Assembly (NCBI GenBank): GCA_032718475.1
Contig: JAUCBJ010002303.1
Span: forward strand, 1 to 64,000
From: Nemertoderma westbladi
Taxonomy: Eukaryota; Animalia; Xenacoelomorpha
DNA length: 64,000 bases
Direction: 5' to 3'
Shown: in pieces, positions 12,476-23,476 of the stretch
How the letters are laid out: every line of letters begins with the position of its first letter
Numbering within the stretch: the stretch's first letter is position 1
Notes under the pieces: model-generated
Database searches by the model: none
Seen by the model: only the letters and a program-made list of their open reading frames with translations
Told to the model about the DNA's origin: nothing
Position numbers and translations under genes: made by a program

Positions 12476-12806
12476 AAATACTGAAATACCAGAGTACTCC
12501 AAAACAAAATATCAACAGGCACTATTACAGTATATTATATTTTATCATAGACTTTATTATCTACAAATATGCGATTAACTACTGAAAGGTTCTACATGAA
12601 GTAGGGAGGGAGTATGTAGTACAAGTCGGGGTTCGTGGGGGTGAATGTGCCCTGATTACAAATAATTATAAGTGGTGTGTACAAAAGTAATTAATCGGTA
12701 TTCTCGTTTTCATATAAACAATAATGTATACAAACTGTGAGCAGCATGTAGCAATGTCTCCAAGGAATGAAGCTTAAGCGACAGTGTTTGATTTTTTGTA
12801 CATGAC

Positions 12807-13346
12807 TGTTAGCTTATTCAATCCCGCCAACACCCCATAAAGTTATAAGCCGATAAGCAATATTGGGAGCCACGAGATTGGGCAATTAACCAACTCGTGC
12901 CATCCCAATAAGAGTGGGAAGGAAGCACACAATAGAGGGTCAGGGGCCAAACCCCTAACCCAGAGAGAACAGGTGGAGTGAACGGGAATACTCCACGGGG
13001 CGCCAACAAGGGTATTAACCAATCAGAGGGGGGAATGGCATCGATTGAGTAGCAGTAAGGCCACCGTGCAATATAACCAATAACCTATTAATCAGTGATT
13101 CAGTTATCTCAGTGCAACAGTGCTAGCGTAGGGTACAGTCAATTAGTTTAGTTAGGGGATCACGGGACTTTAGTTACCGTATCCCGCCTTATACACATTA
13201 TATCTATATCTATATTCTATGCCCTATTATTATTATACACCGAACTTCAGAACTCAGTTACTTTATTTCACCCTTATACATGGCGGGGACGCGTGGACTA
13301 AATTACCACATCGGATAAATCGGGATCCCTCCTGGATCCCGTCACA
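12807..13346 (+). repeat. LTR 1 (5' LTR of copy A)
   Basis: TGTTAGCTT...GTCACA; nearly identical to 22936-23476. Confidence 0.93.
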
Positions 13347-13426
13347 GTAACTAAATCCGAGCTGCCGCCCCAGTTAAACTCTGAGAACTATACTGCTAGC
13401 TAGTCGAACTCCACCGAGCAGACGAG

Positions 13427-16400
13427 ATGAGTGAATCGGGCGAGACACCGCCGCGGACCCCGGACGAAGATCAAACGATCCGCGAGGCCGCGACCAAGCG
13501 ATACGGGCCCACGACGCCGGAGCCATCGATAACGGGCGAACCGGAAGTTGAGGATGAGGGGGGCCTGGAACCCGAAGTCGAGCTAAGAGAGAAAAAGAGC
13601 GAGATGGAGGGAGAAGGAGATGAGTCGACACGGGACGGAGAACGGCGCGCCGATGTCGCCGGCCAGCTACCGGCCGAGGGCGACGAGCGGCCCACCGAAA
13701 CGGCGACGGTGGGGCCGACGGTACGACGCCGGACGCGAAGAGACGGAGGAGAGATTGGTACCGATGTCGCCGGCCAGCTACAGGCCGAGGGCGATGGACG
13801 GCCCACCGGAACGGCGACGGTGGAGCCGCCGGTACGACGTCGAACCCGGAGGGACGGAGGAGAGGTCGGTGACGAGGACGTCGGGGTTTCAGAGCGACTT
13901 CGACGGGCCTACAACGCGACCCGAAGGATGATGAAGGACGCCAAGAAGGAAGGGGCGAAGGTAGACGAGGTGAGACTGAGAAAGCGACTAGGTGAGTCGG
14001 ATAGACACATAAATTACCTAATACGTTTTGGGCAAAGAGAACTAGCCGAAACGAGAGCACACGAGATTGCTGGGGAACTGTTTGAACTATGGGAGTGTGG
14101 GAGTATGGAACCTAGTGTAGCGTCAGTGTACATAGGGCCATGCTTGGTCGATGCCCGGGGAGTAAAACCAGTAGGCTGGAGGGAACCCGAAGGGGGCGAA
14201 TCCGAGGTTAACCCCGAGGATTCGGCCTCGTCGGTCGGAGAAAGCTCCGGGAAGCGGGGGGAAATCAGTAGGTCGGGAAGGCGGGGGAAATCCGTCGTAA
14301 CCGATAAGTCTGTTACATCCTCCGCGAAAGGAAGAGCGGTGAGAGAGATAGGTGCCGAATATCGTCTCAGCATGGCAGCGAAAGATCATAGAGAAATGAA
14401 GGAACGGCTAGAGGAAGGGAGAGTGCGGTTAGAGAGGGAAACGGCATTGCTTAAAGAAACAGGAGAGAGGGCCGAAAGGGCTTTGAAAAGCCTAAGGGAG
14501 TATGATGAGATAGAGGAAAGGGAGTGTAGGGAGCGTGAGGCGAGAGAGGAAAGGGGACGCAAGGAGCGTGAGGCAAGGGAACGCAAGGAGCGTGAGGCGG
14601 AACGCAAGGAGCGTGAGGCGAGAAGGGAAAAGGAACGCAAGGAGCGTGAGGCGAGAGAGGAAGGGGAACGCAAGGAGCGTGAGGCGAGAGAGGAAGGGGA
14701 ACGCAAGGAGCGTGAGGCAAGGGAGGAAAGGGAACGCAAGGAGCGTGAGGCGGAACGCAAGGAGCGTGAGGCGAGAGAGGAAAAGGAACGCAAGGAGCGC
14801 GAAGTGAGACGAAGGGAGAGTATTAAGAGTGCTGCAGAGTCGGCCATTAGGGACACCCGGGAGCGTGAGAGGAGAGTGGCAGAGACTGAGGGAGAAAACA
14901 AGAAAATAGAGAGACTACAGAGTGAGTCTGCGGGAGATGAGATTAAACGGGCGCACGAGTTGCAACTCGTGCGAAAAGCGCCGTCTGAAAGCGGGGCCGG
15001 CTCGAGTATTTTTAGGGAGCCGGGGGCCGTAGAAACATTTATTAATACCCCACTGACAGGGACCGCACGACAGACTCAAGACTGGTGCGACCGTACGAGC
15101 GGGGGGGGGTAATAATAATATTGGTACAGTAGACGTTGTTAATATTGATAATACCGTATGGGACAACACTAATCAAACCTTTATTACAGGGAATGCTTTA
15201 CATAGTGGTAGTAATTTAAATTTAAATCAGAACGCCCCTAGTATTAATGTAGGAAATAACTCTAATATTAATGTAGCTACGCAAAATAATTCAGATAATC
15301 AAAGTAATGACCCAGATTCGAACCTACAAAATAATTTAAATAACGCAATTACGCAAAATAATTCGAATAATTTAAATAATGACCCATGCCCGAATTTACA
15401 AAATAATTCAGATAACGTAGTCGTGCTGAATAATATAAATAACTTTGTTCCAAACGAACAAAATAACTCCGTTTCCAATATGGGTGCTATTAATGTAAAC
15501 GCGTTGGGCCTGCATAACCAGGAAACAGAGGGCCTGGTAGGCCACGTAGTTGGTAGGGAGGGAGTAGAGGGCCTGGTAGGCCACGCAATAGCAGAGGGAG
15601 AGGCGGGGGTGAATGGACCCGACCGCAGTAGGGTTGATGTGTCGACTAGAGAGGTATATAATAGCGGGGAGAGAGGTAGCGAAGTTAGATGTAGCGAGTG
15701 GGGGGGGGGGGGGCTACGAGGACCCCACAACAGAGAGTTAGCGGCGAGAGGGGGGGGGCAGGGAGTGTCCCACACCTGTCAGCGGATAATGCGAGGGCCG
15801 AAATAGGTAAACCGCAACGACCGGCGACGGAAAGTAATAGGGGGATCGCGAGTATCCCCAGCGACGTGCGACCGAGCAGAGAGAGACAGGTTGACGTCGC
15901 GAGAGGGCGGACGGAGCGTCGAGCCCGATCAGAGGAGGGAAGAAGAACAGTGGGGTTTAACCGGGAGGTCGACGAGAGATCTCGCGAGCGGGAATATTCC
16001 ACTGATAGGAGAAGAAAGGAAGACAGTAGTAGAAGTATCGCTGCAAACGATAGAAGAGCGAGGACGGACAGCGAACCGTCGGTAGTCGAGATGAGAACGG
16101 AGAGTCAGTGGGGTCGGACTCCGGGAGATTGCCGTCGCCCCGGAGGGATGCGACCCGGTGAGATGCATTACACGCCGAGAGAGGGGTACACGATGTACCG
16201 GTACGAAGATGAGAACAGTAGAGGGGGGGGGTCAAAGATAAACTTTCCGACGGGATATACCTACCGAACGAGAATACGGTAGCCGCGGGGAGGATTATTC
16301 GAGAAGAATAAACTTCGATCCCGAACAACACATGCAGACTGTAGGGCATACTGTAGGTCTTACTGCACATACCGTAGGCCATACTGAGAGAGGCAATGTA

Positions 16401-19400
16401 GGCGATAGGATAGCGCGGACGACGGAATTAAACCCCGAAGTCGCGGAATACATACCGGCGGGTAGGCCAGAAGCAGATAGGCCTATACCGGTACCAGCAC
16501 AGCAGTATGACTACAGCATGCGAGGACATAACATATACCCAGGGGAGGGGGGAATTATTGCGGATAGGTGCATGGGCCCCAACATATTAACATCAACCCC
16601 ATTCCCAAACATACTGGTGGGGGGGGGGGCAGGGTGACATTCCCCCATCACAATATCAACAATATACCCCGATGGTAGCAAGAACAACGAGACCCTTGGA
16701 CGAAAACAGATCGTGTGACACAGATATATGGAGGGGGCCGCTACCCCCAATGACATACCCAAGCCAGAGAAGGTCAAGAAGTAGGACAGACGGAACGCAC
16801 CAAACAGGGGAAACTATACAGCACCCGTCGAATCCATTGGAAGCGCAGGCGATAGGGATGGCCACGTTGATCGATGCTTTGAAAACGAGGATCGAGTTAC
16901 CACCCGTGGAACCATTCAAGTTCGACGGGAGTAGGCCGGAAGAATATTTACAATTTCGGCGAATGTATAGTAACGAAATACTAACAAAAAACTTGACGCA
17001 GGCGGAGTGCCTAAAGTATCTACAAGTATACACGGGAGGCCCAGCATACGATATCGTGAGGCAATACCAAGGAATAGAGGGCGGCTTCACGACAGCATGG
17101 CGGGCACTGGATAGGGAATACGGGCACCCGGCCAAGATCATCAGGCAGACGCTGAGAGGCATAACATCGGGTGGCCTACAGGACAACCCCGTTAGCATTA
17201 AGACGTTTGCTAACAAAGTCGAAAAGGCGCTAATCGTACTGAAGACGCTAGACGCGCCGTACGAGCTCAATGCGTCCAACAACATCACCACGATAGCGCA
17301 GGCACTACCGAACTGGCTGCGCAACAAGTGGAGAAAAATCGCCTTCTCCACTCGAGATAAGAAGGGTGCGGAACCAGGTTTAGAAGAAATGTCAAACTTC
17401 TTAAATTACGAGGCTGAACTAATAACGGACCCAGTCTATAGTGAAGATAGCCTGGGAAAGGGACCAAAGACAGATCACTACAGACCGAAACCAGAGCACA
17501 ATACATCAAACGCATTGCCGAGGCTCAGGCAATCATTGCCATACGCAGCGACGCAGGGGACTGCAAGTCCACAGGCAAACGAAGATAAGACAACATCATG
17601 GAACGGACAGGGGAACAATAACAACATGAATAAACATAACCCCAGTACGTCCAGTAGGCCAAATCCAGTCAATAAGAATAGTAGGGACTTTGGTACGAAC
17701 ATAACTGCGATACGCAATGCATTGTATAAAGAGGGCTACGACCCAAAGAGCAAATGCCAGTTACACGCAAATGCGCTTCATAAAACCATGAACTGCAGGT
17801 ACTGGCAGGCGCTACCGAGGCAAGACCAGATAGATTACGCGTCGAGCAATAGAATCTGCTCGCGATGTGTAAAGAGTGGACACAAGGCCAGGGAATGCCA
17901 AGAGAAGCCGGTCAAGTTTGGCCAAAGGAGAGGCCAAACGATGGCAACGAGCACGGTAGGGGCGAAGAAGAGAGGCACGGTGTTACTCGGAGTAGTACCG
18001 GTGCGAGTGATCGGGGAAGGCAATCGATCAGTAACAACACTAATGGATAGTGGAGCTGCCTTCACATTAGTAGAGGAATGGGTAGCCGAAGAAATAGGAT
18101 TGAGAACAAGGCCAAGCAGGATGGCGGTAACAACCATCTCTAGCAAAGATGAGATCCTAGAGATGAGGACAGGACGGTGCGCAATTGCAGCAGTAGCACC
18201 AGGATGCGATTATGGGGCAACCATCGACCCCATCCAAGTAATAGAGTCAATTAACATCAATGCCAGGCGGCCAACCAACATCGAGGTCGAGCAATACAAA
18301 TTCCTGGACGACATTGACTTCTCGATCCCAGACGTGGACGTTAGGAAGGTATCCATCATAGTAGGAATGGACTGCCCGACGGCCCACGAAAGAATGCAAA
18401 CGGTCTTCGGCGAAGACAAGCAGAGTGACCCGGTGGCTATATTAACACCATTCGGGTGGACGCTGAGTGGTCCAATTAAGAGCAAGATACCATTCAGGAT
18501 GTCGGAGACATCAGGATGCATGTTCGCGGGAACAGTGCAGGAAATGGGTGATGAGGGAGCAGAGGAGCAGCTTAAAAGACTGCTCAGACAAGACTTTGAG
18601 GGACTGAAAGAGACACCGGGGTCGGGACCTCGGTAGAAGACAAACAGGCTCTACAAAGCGTGGAGGAATCGATGACGTGTGATGAGGGGCGGTATACAAT
18701 AGGAATGGTATGGAAACTACCGAAGATACCGCTACCCGATAATAGGGGGATGGTACTCACGAGACTTCGTAAGCTGAAACAAACACTAAAACGGAGCCCC
18801 GAGAAGAACGAGTACATTCACAAAACCATTAAGAAGTACGTCGAGAAAGGATGGGCCGTGGAGTTACCGGTCGACGAGCCGAACACGGACAGGACATACT
18901 ACCTGCCACTCCACGTAGCATTAGACCCAAAGAAAGGTAAACTGAGGATGGTAGTCGATGCATCGGCAAAGACCGACGGAAAATGCTTAAACGATTACCT
19001 GTTGGAAGGCCCAAATATTTACAATTCGGGCATAGAAGTACTACTTAGATTCAGGAATGGGAAACACGCCTTCACGTGTGACATAGAAGGCATGTTCAAC
19101 CAGGTCCGTGTAACGGAAGAAGACAGTGACAGTCAACGCTTCTTATGGTATAACGGCGAAGAAGAACCGCCGATAATACCAGCGTATAAGATGGTAGTAC
19201 AAAACATGGGGGCCAAGTCGTCCTCATTTACGTCGACTATGGCAGTGAGAGACACGGTAAAGGGGGAGGAAGATAGATACAGCAGTAGGGCCGTCGATAT
19301 GATCCGACGCGGCTTCTACGTAGACGACGGTATGGAGTCTGGAAATACGGTTGAGGAGATACTGGAAACGGCGCGAGGTTCGCGACATCCTGAAAGGATC

Positions 19401-21954
19401 CGGCTTCAACCTGACCAAATTCCAATCCAGTTCAGAAGAATTTATCAAGGCAATAGAGGACAAGAAACCGGAATCGACCATGGACAACCCTACAACAGCC
19501 AAAGGACAGGACATGGCGAATAAGAGAACACAATCGCAGCAAAAGGCATTGGGAATCGTGTGGGATAGAGGAACAGATGAACTGAAGTATCAGCTGAGCC
19601 AAGAGGGCGCAGACACCCATACGAAGAGGGGTTATGTATCGTATATAGCAAGGATATACGATCCCCTAGGCCTAGCATCCCCATTACTAGTCACGGGGAA
19701 ACAGATACTCAAGAGAGTATATAAATTGAAGGATGAGTGGGACGTAGAGGTACCAGAGGACATCAAGAAACAGTGGAGAAAATGGACAGGAGACTTGGAA
19801 AGAATGGGAACATACAACATGTCGCGAGTGTATTTTCCGGACGGGAACATGACGAGTCTGGACCTACATATGTTCTCCGATGCGTCGTTAGAGGCATACG
19901 GAGCGGCACTCTATTTAGTACAACGAGAGGGGGCTCACGAGCCCAGACTAGCCTTTAGCAAAGCTAAGTCAACGCCGCCAGATTCAGCATCTGTTCCCAA
20001 GTTAGAATTGACAGCTGCGAGACTAGGAGTTAGAGCCACAGCCTACCTAGTGGATACTATTCCCAACATAGTGGAGACACACTACTGGACGGACTCCATG
20101 GTAGTGCTTGGTTGGCTACACAACGAAAAGACGAGATACCCAATATTCGTCGCGAATAGAGTGGACGAAATAAGGGCGAGCACAGAACTGGAAAGGTGGC
20201 ACTACTGCCCAACAGACGAGAACCCAGCGGACTTGCTGTCGAGGGGCGTGGAACGCCACACTTTCTTAAAGAAGGAAGTATTGTGGCAACATGGGCCACA
20301 ATTTCTGAGCGATAAAGAGGCCTGGCCGCCAATGAGAAAGGTGGAGCCGGGCTCAGAAGTGGTGTCAGAGGGAGAAGAGGGAGACTCGGAGGGAGAAGAG
20401 ATATACTCCCAGATGGTGAGGGAGATTAGGGACGTGCAACCAAAGCAAGAACTACGCGATAACCCGACGGACAAACTCCTCAGCTATAGTTCTAGTTGGT
20501 ACAAGACCAAGAAACTGGTGGCGTACTGGAGAGCCTTCGGGAATTTCCTCGCGGGAGTTAATAAGGAGAAGAAAACCAGGGAAACCATAGATCTGGAAGG
20601 AGCGGCCAAGGCAATAATCTGCTATGAACAACGGAAGAACTACGGCGATGAGGTGGAACGTGTCGGCAACCAACAGCACCTCCGACGGGACAGCGAGTTG
20701 ATTACGCTGTCGCCACAACTCAACGAGGATGGGATTCTAGTAATGAATTCTAGGGTGGGATATAACAACAGTATAGTCGTGCCACCGAAACCCATCATCA
20801 TTCCCACAGGATCGCCTATAGTCCACCAGATCATATGGGACTCCCACAAATCGATATTGCATGGGGGCACCAACCGAACCCTCACAGAGATAAGGAGGAC
20901 CTATTGGGTCAAACAATTAAGAAAGAAGGTTAAAGCGGTAGTGGGGCAGTGCCAGACCTGCCGACGAGCGAAGAAGGAACGAGCCGTACAGGAGATGGCG
21001 CCACTACCGGCGAGTAGGGTAAGACAGCACGACCCGCCATTTACGCATTGCGGTGTGGACATGTTCGGGCCGATAAAGATCAAGGTGATGCGACACACGG
21101 AGAAACGCTACGGTATTATCTTCGTATGCAACAATACGCGGGCGGTAGGGATAGAACTCGCCCAAGATGCAACCGCATCAGCATTCATTAACGCCTTAGA
21201 AAGGTTTAGGGACCGCAAAGGTGGGACGATCGCAGTGATATACAGCGACAACGGCACCAACTTTGTGGGCGCAGAGAGTGAGATGGCAGAGGCCTTGGAA
21301 ATCTTAGAAGGAGAAGAAGTCAGGGCAGCCATGAGAAGACGACAAGTAAGGTGGGAGAGAAGGACGCCGTATGCACCACATACACTAGGATACGTCGAGA
21401 GACTGGTGGGCAGTTCAAAGCGTCTAATGACGAAGTTAATGAACACCCACATGGTCACTGAGGACGTCTTACGGACAGTACTTGCGAAGTGCGAGGGGAT
21501 CATTAATAGCAGACCGCTATACCCGGAGAATGATGACCCTGAGTCATTAGACGTGCTGACGCCTAGCCATTTTCTGATGGAAAGGCCAGCGACCATCGAT
21601 ATGCGGGGTGTAGACCCAGATGATATACATTCCCGCCAGAGTTGGAAAGTCGCTAAAGCAATAAGCGCAGAGTATTGGAGGAGGTGGGTAGAAGAATACC
21701 TACCCACGCTCCATAAGCGAAGCAAGTGGAGGAAGCCGAACAGGGAGTTAAGAGAGGGAGATCTCGTAATCGTCACGGATGATACTATCATCAACAACCA
21801 GTGGCGGTTGGCGAGAGTCGTAGGCACCTACTCCGACGAGGACGGAAGAGTCCGATCGGTAGAAGTGCGGATAGGTGGAAAGATAGGTGCGAAAGACAGA
21901 AAAACCTACAGGAGAGCAGTAGGTAAATGCTGTCTTCTAGAAGGGGCACCTTAA
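13427..21954 (+). pseudogene. BEL/Pao gag-pol polyprotein, broken by several frameshifts
   Basis: Long coiled-coil and Asn-rich N-terminus, Gag core FDGSRPEEY, CCHC knuckles, protease LMDSGA, RT FYVDD, RNase H FSDAS..AYGA, integrase GVDMFGP/SDNGTNF/VERLV. Frameshifts fall at G-runs (~15105, 15705, 16225, 16625) and at ~18615 and ~19370. Confidence 0.9.
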
Positions 21955-22935
21955 TATAGAGTTAGAGTGGAGTTTAGTCGTCCAAGTTTTGGACTGAGGG
22001 GGGTGGGATTGAGGGCGAGACGCCCTTCCCACACAAATAAAAATAAAAATAAAATAAAAATAATAGTTAGTTAGTTAGTAGGTACGTAGTACCTAGAGTT
22101 AGTTAGTTAGTTAGTAGGTTAGTAGTTAGAAGGAAGTGGCGGCAAAGGTCTGGAAGCAGAAAGCGGATGATGCCAGAGGAGCGGTGATAACCAAGAAACG
22201 GGCCAGGGAAGAGGACGTGAGGAGGAACAGATAAGTTCCCAGAGACGAGGGAACGAGGGAGTGGGACTGAGACTGGAAAGTGGTGCGCCTGGAAGGCGCC
22301 GCATGGAACGTACGAACTATTAAAATACAAACTTAATTAATGCAAATAACATATAAGTGCAATTTGTATGTACGTACATAGTGATTAGTAATCTAAAATA
22401 CATACGTTTGGAGTAAGTACTATAGTCATACAACCTTTCTCAATTAGCTACTGGGACTGGGGGATAAATGACTATGGCACTATGGACGAGACAACTGACA
22501 ATTTCACGCTTCTTGAGTGCGACGGCACGAGAGGGGGGGGAGGTTCGTCAGGAGAGATAAAATAGTCAAAGTGGAGTTGAGGATCGGAGTAAGAGTGCAA
22601 AGTGCGGAGAGAGTGCGAATGCAATTCTAGTGTGGGGGGGGAGAATAAGAGGCTGAGTGAGGGACGAGGAGGTCCGGGGGTATGAGAGAGTTAGGGTGAG
22701 AGTAGAGGGGAGATAGGGCGAAAGTGTTGGGGAAACAAAAGTCGCGATCGGCCCGACATGAGACGCCAGGCACACAGGGTAGCATTATCATACCCATAGG
22801 GGGCGGCCTGGAAAGCCGACCCCGAGAGAAAAGAATTCCACCCCACACCCGATACTAGATCGGGATCCAGCGGGATTGTAACGCACTTTTTTGGTTGATG
22901 CTATCTTCTTACCGGGAAGATAGCATGGGGGGGAG

Positions 22936-23476
22936 TGTTAGCTTATTCAATCCCGCCAACACCCCATAAAGTTATAAGCCGATAAGCAATATTGGGAGCC
23001 ACGAGATTGGGCAATTAACCAACTCGTGCCATCCCAATAAGAGTGGGAAGGAAGCACACAATAGAGGGTCAGGGGCCAAACCCCTAACCCAGAGAGAACA
23101 GGTGGAGTGAACGGGAATACTCCACGGGGCGCCAACAAGGGTATTAACCAATCAGAGGGGGGAATGGCATCGATTGAGTAGCAGTAAGGCCACCGTGCAA
23201 TATAACCAATAACCTATTAATCAGGGATTCAGTTATCTCAGTGCAGCAGTGCTAGCGTAGGGTACAGTCAATTAGTTTAGTTAGGGGATCACGGGACTTT
23301 AGGTACCGTATCCCGCCTTGTACACATTATACCTATATCTATATCCTATGCCCTGTTATTATTATACACCGAACTTCAGAACTCAGTTACCTTTATTTCA
23401 CCCTTATACACGGCGGGGACGCGTGGACTAAATTACCACATCGGATAAATCGGGATCCCTCCTGGATCCCGTCACA
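22936..23476 (+). repeat. LTR 2 (3' LTR of copy A)
   Basis: Preceded by the PPT; same termini as LTR 1. Confidence 0.93.

Larger units (their letters stand above)
12807..23476 (+). mobile_element. BEL/Pao LTR retrotransposon copy A (two LTRs, accessory module deleted)
   Basis: TG...CA LTRs of ~540 bp, a PPT (GGGGGGGAG) before the 3' LTR, and gag-PR-RT-RH-IN domain order. Confidence 0.93.

Noticed and set aside
12136-12585. Repetitive ORFs (WCRH, VQTL, SAPV, CTTV repeats)
   Set aside because: These are translations of the 12-bp minisatellite in several frames.
15100-16630. Programmed frameshifting at G-runs in Pao gag
   Set aside because: Several shifts all fall in long homopolymers whose length differs between copies, so slippage mutation or sequencing error is more likely.
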